From an uncultured Gammaproteobacteria bacterium (GTDB lineage: Bacteria; Patescibacteriota; Microgenomatia; UBA10105; UBA927), in assembly GCA_964573695.1 (NCBI GenBank), contig CAZNKB010000006.1:8879-72878 (forward strand): DNA of 64,000 nt, in the 5' to 3' direction. Shown here piece by piece: positions 1 through 8,756 of this stretch; positions within the stretch are counted from its first letter, which is position 1, and the number at the start of each line of letters is the position of its first letter. The notes under the pieces were generated by a model. That model was not told where the DNA came from and did no database searches. It saw only the letters and a program-made list of their open reading frames with translations. The translations under genes were made by a program, and so were the position numbers.

Positions 1-377
1 ATAAAATATGAAACGAGACCCAAGCTCATGAGCCCGACAAACACGGGTGCGATACCAATGGCAGCACGTCGGATCGGATCAGATTGGGCGATAGCCACAC
101 TTCCGGTGCGGACGCCTGCCTGCGCAGGCAGGTTTTTTTCTTCCAACCCCTCGGGGACCAATGTGAGGCCGCCGGTATGCACGCCGAGAATTTCTGCAGT
201 AAACAAATGCGCAAGCTCATGGATCACCGTGCCGGGAAAATAAAGAAACGACAGAAATGCTATGGCGACTGATCGGGATTTCGTGAGCAAAAACCATACA
301 ATATAGAGGTTTTGAGAAAGCTTTCTAGACAATAGATACAATGTGAGAATTTCTAAAGCGATAAAAATAAGTGCCAT
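1..377 (-). CDS. M50-like (site-2 type) membrane zinc metallopeptidase, 3' end outside the window
   Basis: Manual translation (not in the ORF track): MALIFIALEIL...FLYFPGTVIHELAHLF...GSVAIAQSDPIRRAAIGIAPVFVG. HExxH lies in a hydrophobic segment; TATACT is 6 nt upstream of the ATG. Confidence 0.8.
   Translation of the reverse strand, partial: MALIFIALEILTLYLLSRKLSQNLYIVWFLLTKSRSVAIAFLSFLYFPGTVIHELAHLFTAEILGVHTGGLTLVPEGLEEKNLPAQAGVRTGSVAIAQSDPIRRAAIGIAPVFVGLMSLGLVSYF
115..132. repeat. 18-bp perfect palindrome CCTGCCTGCGCAGGCAGG, in frame (LPAQAG) in the M50 gene
   Basis: Read directly; near-identical copy at 43027-43044. Confidence 0.85.
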
Positions 378-443
378 ACCCACAGTATAACAATTGACAT
401 CGTTGGGGGCGATACGGTATATACAAAGCAACCATTATCACCT

Positions 444-743
444 ATGCGTATTATCGTTTCGCCGCCACAACGGCTACACAGGGGACTTGGACTGCGCGTC
501 GCGACAGAGACGTCTCCCGGTTGGCCCCGCCGCAACAGAAGCCGTTGGGAGATCGAGTTAGCCGAGGGGAATACGGGAACCGCTGCACTTTTTGATAAGG
601 GACAACCAATGCGTGATCATATGCATATTCTGGTTATTCGTGACGGACGTCTGTTTGTCGACGGTGTGTCCGTTGTGTTGGCGCCGGATCATGAATTATC
701 AGACGGCATCCGTTTATCAAGTCCGCGGTTCGGTGGGAAATAA
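444..743 (+). CDS. hypothetical protein, probable paralog of 774-1115
   Basis: 99-aa ORF sharing LxRGxGL, WP and (D/N)G motifs with the next ORF. Confidence 0.55.
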   Translation: MRIIVSPPQRLHRGLGLRVATETSPGWPRRNRSRWEIELAEGNTGTAALFDKGQPMRDHMHILVIRDGRLFVDGVSVVLAPDHELSDGIRLSSPRFGGK

Positions 744-773
744 ACGACCATTGATCGGGTATCAGCGTTTCAT

Positions 774-1115
774 ATGTTGAGAACAAGAAGCATCACATTT
801 ACCTTGCCTTTGTTATATCGGGGCGCCGGTTTGGAAATACGCGCGACGACACAGCGCCATGAGGGTAAACCCTGGTGGCCCAAAGACGGAAGCACCCGTG
901 GAGTAACCGTGGTCGTGCTTGACGGGAGCACACCCCGTGTCGTTGATTTTGCCATGTTTCATAATGATCACGAGATTATGGGTGGCCACGTGGTGGTTGA
1001 AAACGGTCAAGTGATGAGTCGCGGCAGGAGGATATTACCCTGGATAGGCGACCGATCACTATTTGACGTAAATATCATCCCCGCTTTTTCCCGAAAAGAA
1101 GCTGCAGTTGTCTAA
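774..1115 (+). CDS. hypothetical protein, probable paralog of 444-743
   Basis: 113-aa ORF in tandem with a similar gene. Confidence 0.55.
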   Translation: MLRTRSITFTLPLLYRGAGLEIRATTQRHEGKPWWPKDGSTRGVTVVVLDGSTPRVVDFAMFHNDHEIMGGHVVVENGQVMSRGRRILPWIGDRSLFDVNIIPAFSRKEAAVV

Positions 1116-2002
1116 TGGTGTCCGCCGCCTTGCTCGCCGCCGGTAGCCAACTGGCTCACGAACATAATTGCGAGTGCTCCGTACATGACTCCCATCATGG
1201 CCTGCTCTTTAAATCCCGGCGCCGGTTCTGTCATACTACTTGCGGCAGAGCCAAAAATTTCTTCGGCTTTTTTCATGTTTTCGTCGGTTTTCGGGATACC
1301 GGCCAAATCGAGCATGACGCCGGGTGTGGGAGTGAGCCGCGTAAATCCGTCTACACCGGTCAATTCTTTCCAGGTCATGGACGCCAGATCGTCATTGGTT
1401 TGCAGGAGCTGTGCGACGGTTTCTGTCGCTTCCCGCTTTCCGGTCCGGATCTGATCGATAACTTGAGGCGGTACAGGAGCATCAGGATGCGTCTCATTAT
1501 AGCGGGTAATCAGTGGTAATGCGGAGCTTTCTTCGGGTTTGGGTTCCGGAATATTCAGGGCTTTGATTTTTTCCTGTAATTGGGTAATTTGAGCTGCCTG
1601 CTCAGGAGGGAATGTTTGTATATCGATAGCCTGTAGACTGCGGAGCGCATCAAGACGGACCTCATTCCCAAGCGGCGTATCAGCGGCCTGGGTGGCGAGC
1701 GACGTCATAAGTAAACGCATGTCCCGCAGTTCCAATAGCAGGGTATTTGCCTCGGAAAGCAGCGCGGAAACGGTTTCACGGCTCGGAGTATTTTCATGTG
1801 CTTTCGCCGCTTCTGCTACAGGAGTACCCGCGGCTATGTCTTCGAGCGTTGCCCTGGCGGAGCCCGGTTCAGCAGTGATTGGTTTTTCGGCCGTTGTCGG
1901 CTGGTCTTTGGGTTGTTCTTTTGGGGCAACGGGAGCGGATTGTTTTGTTTCGGGTGCGGGAGGAGCTTTCGGCGCTTCTGGTGTGTGCGATGGTTCCATC
2001 AT
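1112..2002 (-). CDS. hypothetical tail-anchored membrane protein
   Basis: 296 aa: Pro/Glu/Lys-rich N-terminus, helical core, one C-terminal TM followed by GGEQGGGHH. Confidence 0.75.
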   Translation of the reverse strand: MMEPSHTPEAPKAPPAPETKQSAPVAPKEQPKDQPTTAEKPITAEPGSARATLEDIAAGTPVAEAAKAHENTPSRETVSALLSEANTLLLELRDMRLLMTSLATQAADTPLGNEVRLDALRSLQAIDIQTFPPEQAAQITQLQEKIKALNIPEPKPEESSALPLITRYNETHPDAPVPPQVIDQIRTGKREATETVAQLLQTNDDLASMTWKELTGVDGFTRLTPTPGVMLDLAGIPKTDENMKKAEEIFGSAASSMTEPAPGFKEQAMMGVMYGALAIMFVSQLATGGEQGGGHH

Positions 2003-2094
2003 ATATATAAGTATAGGCAGAGTCTCATGGGTTTCGTCAAGCTGCGGGCACGTTTCCTCTATATTGTGTCAAGGACATGCGATATGATCAACGT

Positions 2095-3729
2095 ATGGAA
2101 CGCGCGAGTAGTGCTGCGGGAGTCGTTGGTGGCAAAGAACCGCTTATAAAGCGTGTGTGGTACGGTGTCGGAAAATTTGCCGAGAGTCAGGGTCCCGAGG
2201 CGTGGGAAAAGCGTCTGACGGGGATTATACGGGCGAAAATTCTCCCCAATCTTTCTCCGACTCAGCAAGAGTGGGCAGCGAAACACCAAGAGGCGATACG
2301 GGATGCGTGTGCGTATGTGGGTGCTGGGATTACCACCGCTGAAATTGTTGGCGGTGTTATCGTGCTCGAAAAACTAACGCATGTCCGGGAATTGTTTTTT
2401 GGATTACCCGCCCCAAAAACCGTACCGATTGAGCGCGTCATACATACAAAAAATAACGTGATAGATCCTGTAGGCGTACTGGTCAAAAGTGTGGATCATA
2501 TGCCCAAAGGTCTTTTGTCGTATCTGCGTCAGGTGGTGAGAGCGGGTGAACACAGCGGGCTTGATACCTTCGGCCAATTAGGGTTAGCGGCTACGCTGTT
2601 GACGATATTTACCAACAAGGCGAACCCCGAATATAGAGAGCTATTTGCAGAGCTTTTGGGGAGCGCAGGGGTAGAGGATATTGCGGAATTGGAACCAGGC
2701 ATCAAAAAATTATTTGCGCGTGCGTATGGTGACACCGCAAGACAATTCCGTTTCGATCCGAATCTATTAGAACCGGATACGCTCTACGCCCATTGGATGC
2801 AGGAAAATGCTCCAGGAGCAAGGCGTGTGTTGCAGGTTTCCGGCATCCCTGCAGGACGGGCCAAACATCTTGTGGGACTCATGCGGGAAAGCATGCATCC
2901 GCGGGCTGTTTCATCCATTGTTGAGGCGCAGGAAATATCACAAACACACGGGGAACTGCCTGGCTTTAATTTTGTCCTCAAAAAAATGCTCGATGTGCCT
3001 CCGCCTGTAGAGGTATTTCAGGAGATGCGTGATGCAGTGCGTTTGTTATCTCGGGAGGGTAATGGTGTTACCAGAACTCAGCGACGGGACATAGAACGCC
3101 GTATCGCGAGTCTATGGGCAGATCACGCTATGCCGAATTTAGCAAAACGGCCGCTGGCCCGCGCTGCGTTTTTGGCGCAACTTGAAGAGGAGGGATTTCC
3201 CGGTATGCCGCGTCCGACAGTACAAAGTCTGCAGCAATATCTCGCGCGTGAATATCTGCCGGTGTCACGCAGTCAGCGGGTAATTGATAGTTTGCGTGAT
3301 GATTTGCCACATATTGATACAGTTATAAAGCACCATACCAGGAGCCATGCTACCGAAAAACCCGTAAGGCAGGATGCTGTTCGAAAAAGCATATCTGCTC
3401 ACGAGATGACTGAGCAGGAAGAGCGCTCACGTCTACAGTCGCTTCGTCAGCGGGAATATAACGAATATATCCGGCAACTTAAATCCGCAGTGCGAAAAAT
3501 CAAGCGCGAGGAAAGAAAAGCGATTGTCGCAGATATAGACGCCCGGCTGGCTCCCGAACGGGAACGGGCGAGAAAAATAAGCCACATTCATGAGGTTACA
3601 AGGGAAACGCCCGGCAGGATAAAAGCAGTGGTGAAGCGGGTCGAGGCGCTTCGGGCCCGTATAAAGCTACGCAGGGAGCTCAAGGAGAAAGCGAAGGCGG
3701 CAAAACAAACAAAGCCCGTTGCGTCGTAA
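2095..3729 (+). CDS. hypothetical protein with basic coiled-coil C-terminus
   Basis: Long ORF; start placed at the ATG 6 nt after TATGAT. Confidence 0.75.
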   Translation: MERASSAAGVVGGKEPLIKRVWYGVGKFAESQGPEAWEKRLTGIIRAKILPNLSPTQQEWAAKHQEAIRDACAYVGAGITTAEIVGGVIVLEKLTHVRELFFGLPAPKTVPIERVIHTKNNVIDPVGVLVKSVDHMPKGLLSYLRQVVRAGEHSGLDTFGQLGLAATLLTIFTNKANPEYRELFAELLGSAGVEDIAELEPGIKKLFARAYGDTARQFRFDPNLLEPDTLYAHWMQENAPGARRVLQVSGIPAGRAKHLVGLMRESMHPRAVSSIVEAQEISQTHGELPGFNFVLKKMLDVPPPVEVFQEMRDAVRLLSREGNGVTRTQRRDIERRIASLWADHAMPNLAKRPLARAAFLAQLEEEGFPGMPRPTVQSLQQYLAREYLPVSRSQRVIDSLRDDLPHIDTVIKHHTRSHATEKPVRQDAVRKSISAHEMTEQEERSRLQSLRQREYNEYIRQLKSAVRKIKREERKAIVADIDARLAPERERARKISHIHEVTRETPGRIKAVVKRVEALRARIKLRRELKEKAKAAKQTKPVAS

Positions 3730-3755
3730 CTTCCTCTCGTTCATACTAAACGTAT

Positions 3756-4307
3756 ATGGATTACAAACAATTGTGGGATAGGTGGGTGGCATTGACGTTG
3801 CTTTCAGAAGAAGACCGTACGGACATGGTTGAACGGCTCCACGAAGAGGTGACCAGTGGTGTAACCGCCCTTGCTACTCTTGCCAACGCTCAGGTTGCCA
3901 AAATACTCGCAGACGTCAAATACGAGAAAGCAGACGAGTACCTCAAGGCAATTGCGCCTGTTACCGCCCTTGCTGCACTCGACGGATATTTTCTGTCACT
4001 CATGGAGCATGGAGTAAATCCGCAAACGGCGGCTTTGTCCTCAGTATCAGCTACCAAAGGGCTGGGGGAGCGTTGGAACCGAGGACACAAGAAAGATCAG
4101 AATAAATCGTATATCACGGCAATCGATCCGATTCTCGTACTTATGTTGGAGCGGATTTATGACTTACGGGTCAACCAAACGCTTTCGTTTCATCCGGAAA
4201 TTGTCAACCTCGCCTACAAAATCACGGAGAAGATACATCAGTATCTGGGTTGGGCCGTCTATCAGGGGTATGTGATCGGGGTTATGGAACGGGAATTATC
4301 CGGTTGA
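3756..4307 (+). CDS. hypothetical all-helical protein
   Basis: 183-aa ORF; CATACT 8 nt upstream. Confidence 0.7.
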   Translation: MDYKQLWDRWVALTLLSEEDRTDMVERLHEEVTSGVTALATLANAQVAKILADVKYEKADEYLKAIAPVTALAALDGYFLSLMEHGVNPQTAALSSVSATKGLGERWNRGHKKDQNKSYITAIDPILVLMLERIYDLRVNQTLSFHPEIVNLAYKITEKIHQYLGWAVYQGYVIGVMERELSG

Positions 4308-4347
4308 CCTATAAAGGCTTAAGGCCCTGCACCATACTTATATAACC

Positions 4348-5535
4348 ATGCCGGAACACATTATCGGGGCAAACCCCAAGGACATAGCTCATCATCACAA
4401 GACCAAAGAAGGATCGCTTACGTTTTCATATCACAAGCGTGACATTGTCGCCAATACAATAGGACATGTTCTTGCAGTTCCTACCACGCATACGCTGTTG
4501 TGGACCTGGGGGAGCGCGTTTCAGAATCCTTCCCGGGAGCTTGTGACAAAACTATACGATCGGTACAAGGATGTTCCCTGGAAAGGGGATGTATTGGTTC
4601 GCATCGGACATACGTCATTATTCGGTGATATAAAGCGTATGCTCGCCGCAAACGAAAAAGTTCGTGGCAGACCCTGGAATATCAAAGATCCGATAGGAAG
4701 AACCATAGAATACGCCGGCAAACTCGGAGCGGTCATTCTGATGTTGCCGGGTATGATCAAGAATAAATTTGTCCGGGCCGATTATTACAATCCGTTTAGT
4801 AACACTGCAAATATTTATCACCCCAAACTCGCTCCCGGTATGCATGAGTTAGGGCACGCGGAATTTTTTAACCAAATGGAAAACAAGAAACGCGCGGCAT
4901 ACTATATCGGCATCGTTAATCCGATTGTCACTATTCCGTTTTTTCGGTCGTTTTATGAGTATCAGGCAACGGCCATTGCCATGAAGCGGTTCAAAGGCGA
5001 TGCGGAGCGCCGACAGGGGCTCAAGATTCTGGAAGGCGCGTGGGCTACGTATTTAGCTTTGGATACGCTTATTGTCGGTGCAGCAGTCGCTCCTGCACTC
5101 GCTATACCGCTACTTAAGGCCGCATGGAGTATTCCGTTCACGTTACCCCTGGGACAGGACGTTGTGCTCAAAGCATTGCTAAAGATCGGTATGGCCCCGT
5201 ATGGAGCATCTGTCGGAGGACATTTGATGAACAGGTTGTATCCCAAAAAAGACCAACGGTTCGGCTATATATTTTCCGGCGAAGCCGGATCCCGCTTCGC
5301 GGGAGAGGGCAAAGAGCGCACTATTATACAAAGGGAACTGAAGACCGTGTCTAAACCTGAACCAAAGCCTCCCATACGGAGAACATTATCCGCGCATCAG
5401 GTGTTGACTGCGACCGCAAAAGCGCCTGCTTTGAAGCGGGACAATAATGATCTTCTTAATCGTCAATTTAGTTTTGTTGGGGAGCGAAATGGGAAGCGCC
5501 CGCTTCATAGCAATACGCACCGTGTTACCTTCTAG
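4348..5535 (+). CDS. putative membrane zinc metallopeptidase (HExxH)
   Basis: HELGHAE followed by EYQA (candidate third ligand); several hydrophobic segments. Confidence 0.65.
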   Translation: MPEHIIGANPKDIAHHHKTKEGSLTFSYHKRDIVANTIGHVLAVPTTHTLLWTWGSAFQNPSRELVTKLYDRYKDVPWKGDVLVRIGHTSLFGDIKRMLAANEKVRGRPWNIKDPIGRTIEYAGKLGAVILMLPGMIKNKFVRADYYNPFSNTANIYHPKLAPGMHELGHAEFFNQMENKKRAAYYIGIVNPIVTIPFFRSFYEYQATAIAMKRFKGDAERRQGLKILEGAWATYLALDTLIVGAAVAPALAIPLLKAAWSIPFTLPLGQDVVLKALLKIGMAPYGASVGGHLMNRLYPKKDQRFGYIFSGEAGSRFAGEGKERTIIQRELKTVSKPEPKPPIRRTLSAHQVLTATAKAPALKRDNNDLLNRQFSFVGERNGKRPLHSNTHRVTF

Positions 5536-5617
5536 CCCGTTAGGACAATATTATTGGCGACCTCACTTGCAATACCCGTAAATATTTGCATACAATTATA
5601 GTTTCCTGCCAAAAATC

Positions 5618-5866
5618 ATGACAACCCAAGAAACAGGCCAGTTCGCCGCCGCACAACCAGAGCCCCTTCAGGATCCGAAGGAAACCCCTCCTGAAGCTCA
5701 CGAAGGACAAATGACCACAGATCAGGTCGGTCCCAAAGAAACGAAAATTGTCATGGAGGTTGTGGACATGCGGATTGAATTCATCCAAAAACGCAAGCAC
5801 GAACGCACTATGGAACGCACGTTACGCTGGCCTATCCATAGCAACACCCCGAGAATTACTTTTTAG
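5618..5866 (+). CDS. small hypothetical protein sharing a C-terminal PxHSNTxRxTF motif with the upstream gene
   Basis: 82-aa ORF; the motif is conserved through synonymous codons, which supports translation. Confidence 0.65.
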   Translation: MTTQETGQFAAAQPEPLQDPKETPPEAHEGQMTTDQVGPKETKIVMEVVDMRIEFIQKRKHERTMERTLRWPIHSNTPRITF

Positions 5867-8756
5867 CCCGCCATACAATTATCCCGGGGATAATCAGGGC
5901 AAGAAATCCCAGATATTCCAAAGCTTGCGGGATGAACACGATGATAATTTTTTTGTCTGTCTGGTTAATCCTCCAGCCGTTCGCCCAATTATTGACGAGC
6001 ATGTGATTTTGCAGTGGTACCAGGTCGGTGGTGAATGCCCGCCAGCCAGGATCAAAAGATTGACTGAGTGTCAGCAGACTTTCTTTGTTCTTAGGAGTCA
6101 AATCTACAAAGTAGAGGCTGCTTATCGGGTGGGATACCCGGTCGGGGAGTGTCATCGTCGGTTTGTGTAGGCCGCTAAGATCAGTCAGAGGTGCCGCATC
6201 CATAGTCTGGAGCTGGACGGATAATAGATCATTGATACTTGTGTACTGATTATACGAAACGTTGGATAGCATAATGGTGAGCTCGACCTCTGAGGGGAAT
6301 GTGGGCGGCAGGTAAAAATAATCGTATGCAACGCCCAAATGTTTAGGAACTGTTATGTCTAGACCGGCGGGCCGGCCTTTGTTGATGACAGAAAGCATAA
6401 GCGGTTCACCGGCAATATGGCGTGAGCCAACGCCAATAACGAAAGGATTGGTCGTATTGACGTTGTCCAAGATAAAGGACTGACAAAGCTTGGTGTTTGT
6501 GGCTGTAAGGCGCAAAAGGTTTTCTGAAGCACTTCTCGAGCTGTAAGAATATGTATCTCCCGGTGTGTTTTGGCAGGGCACTGCCTCTGATATGGTCGCA
6601 GCCACGGTTGCGACACGCAAAAACGAGAGGTTTTCCAACGTTTCGCCCGACAAAGGTGTGCCTCGTTTGGAAAACTCCGTGGCGTCAGGATCGGTCAGGT
6701 CAGCGGGTGCTTGGGGATCAGAAACGTACGCAGATGTACTGGCAAATAGTTGATCCAGATCGTTGTATGGTTGTCTCTTGGGGATATTTGGCGGATTCTC
6801 TATTATAGATACGTCTGGTGTATCGAAACTGTTCCGCTCAAATACCGTAATGGGTAATAATTTTTCTGCGGAAAATGTGGTGAGCTTGGTATAGTCAGAT
6901 GCGGTTTCGAGATAGGAGCCGAAATCAAGTGACGACAAAAATCCTTTTTGGCTTCTGCAATGGGTGATATTTTGATCATAGAGTACGTATCGCACACCGT
7001 ATTTATCAAATACCCGTTCGACTCGTTCGTAATCCTGTTGTCGGAGTGCCGAGCTTAGTTCCCAGAAATAATTTTCATTATTGTGGCTCCACACGTCAAA
7101 TGCCCGCGCCATGAACGGGTGGTTGACCCCGTACCAGAGGAATCCTGATCCGAAGTATCCCCATAACTGGTTGTACCAGCCTTCTGCACAATCCTGGGGG
7201 AAGTCTGCAATTCTTCCGAACGGCAACGTATTGAGATACCGGGTAAGGAGTTGATATTGCCGCGGCATCGTAACGAATAGTTTTTGATACACGAGTTTTC
7301 CCTGCCACAGAGGAAGAGCAAAAAAGATAAGCGACGCCACACACGCAGGAACTACAATCCGGGATATGGTGTCGCGTGTTATTCGCGTCAATAGGTTTAT
7401 GAGTACGTAGAGTCCTACTCCGATAAGCAGGCTATAGTGGAAGGCCAGCCCGATGCCAAATTTTGTAAATGTTGTCCTGAATGCCTGGGTGAGTTCGGGT
7501 GAGTATGATTGGATGAGTTGTAGCCCTGTCGAAAAAGGAGGAGTGGCTATGGCGATATTGCCGAAAAAATAGAGTGATGATAGGGCAAATCCCCAAGTAA
7601 GCGGTGTACGCCGTCTACCAAGGCCTAGGAATAATCCCAAGACTGCAAGTCCAAAGAACGTATATCCGATTGCGACAATGCCGGGATTTGCGTGGTGTTC
7701 TTTCCAAGGGGCAAGAATCGCCCCTCCCAGTTCGTTGCTTTCCCATAGGAAGCTTTTGAGAAGTGCCGTATCGGCGAGCGTGCCGTATTGGATGCTTTTG
7801 GCGACGAACTGCGGTGTAGTAGTTATATTGTTATATGCATTGATATAGTCTTTGGATTGGGTCAACGTGAAGTATGCCACCGGGCCTAGCCAATAGGCAT
7901 TCACGCAGATGACACACGCCCATATGATGAGAAACGTCCGGAGGATCTTTTTTTCAAACCGGTGCAGCAAAAGGTATACGCCCGTGATGATAAGGAGTGA
8001 AACGCCGTACGAAGCAAATACTGCCGGGATAAATCCCTGGATCGAGCTTATCCCGAGTGCCATGCAAAAGAAGGCGATGCGCTTGGGTGTGACGCGTTCA
8101 AGGAGTGATAAGAGTCCATAGGTGAGCCAGGGCAGCGCTGCAAAGTGGACGGTAAACGCTTCAAGCGGGAGGTAGAACATTTGTATTGTGCCAAGGTTCG
8201 TGAGGTAGTAAATGCTCGTGACCAAGCCTATATAGGTGCCGAGATTGGCATGAAATTTTCTCGATCCGCTGCTCGCGAGTTTATTTGATGCAGAAGGTAC
8301 ATGCCGATAATCCGTCTGCATACGCTGATCAACTTCGGAGCTCGGGAAGCGATCTTCGAAAATTTCATGACTTCCTCGTACATTTTTGTGTCTCTCAAAG
8401 ATATGGTGTAATAATTTTTGACTAACCAATAGCATTCCCAAGCCCCCAAGGTAATAACAGAGGAATATGAACACACTGCGTACCAGATGTTGCGGGATAG
8501 CAATCGACAACAATCCGATAATGAGTGTGTGCGGCAGGGTCGCGGCAAAGCCATGTCCGCCGACAAGACCAGCGCCATAATATTCCTGCCAGCCGGCAGT
8601 AAGACCTCGCAAAAGGTTTAAGGGGATATTGAGTTCCGGATACAGTCCGTCCCAACCCATAAGTGACTGGTCGATAGAAAAATTGGCCGCAATAATAGTG
8701 CCCACGAAGATGTGATAGAGGATAAGTACTATGGTTTTTGGCGTCAGTTTAATCAT
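5856..8756 (-). CDS. large multi-TM membrane protein, GT-C/YfhO/AftD-like
   Basis: 966 aa: about a dozen N-terminal TMs, a soluble domain, and a C-terminal SQSFDPGW...VNNWANGW motif plus terminal TM of the YfhO-like type. Confidence 0.7.
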   Translation of the reverse strand: MIKLTPKTIVLILYHIFVGTIIAANFSIDQSLMGWDGLYPELNIPLNLLRGLTAGWQEYYGAGLVGGHGFAATLPHTLIIGLLSIAIPQHLVRSVFIFLCYYLGGLGMLLVSQKLLHHIFERHKNVRGSHEIFEDRFPSSEVDQRMQTDYRHVPSASNKLASSGSRKFHANLGTYIGLVTSIYYLTNLGTIQMFYLPLEAFTVHFAALPWLTYGLLSLLERVTPKRIAFFCMALGISSIQGFIPAVFASYGVSLLIITGVYLLLHRFEKKILRTFLIIWACVICVNAYWLGPVAYFTLTQSKDYINAYNNITTTPQFVAKSIQYGTLADTALLKSFLWESNELGGAILAPWKEHHANPGIVAIGYTFFGLAVLGLFLGLGRRRTPLTWGFALSSLYFFGNIAIATPPFSTGLQLIQSYSPELTQAFRTTFTKFGIGLAFHYSLLIGVGLYVLINLLTRITRDTISRIVVPACVASLIFFALPLWQGKLVYQKLFVTMPRQYQLLTRYLNTLPFGRIADFPQDCAEGWYNQLWGYFGSGFLWYGVNHPFMARAFDVWSHNNENYFWELSSALRQQDYERVERVFDKYGVRYVLYDQNITHCRSQKGFLSSLDFGSYLETASDYTKLTTFSAEKLLPITVFERNSFDTPDVSIIENPPNIPKRQPYNDLDQLFASTSAYVSDPQAPADLTDPDATEFSKRGTPLSGETLENLSFLRVATVAATISEAVPCQNTPGDTYSYSSRSASENLLRLTATNTKLCQSFILDNVNTTNPFVIGVGSRHIAGEPLMLSVINKGRPAGLDITVPKHLGVAYDYFYLPPTFPSEVELTIMLSNVSYNQYTSINDLLSVQLQTMDAAPLTDLSGLHKPTMTLPDRVSHPISSLYFVDLTPKNKESLLTLSQSFDPGWRAFTTDLVPLQNHMLVNNWANGWRINQTDKKIIIVFIPQALEYLGFLALIIPGIIVWRAKK
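8249..8369. mobile_element. candidate MITE/palindromic element inserted in frame
   Basis: Perfect 12-bp terminal inverted repeats CATGAAATTTTC (8249-8260) and GAAAATTTCATG (8358-8369); encodes a hydrophilic 40-aa stretch between two TMs. Confidence 0.55.
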
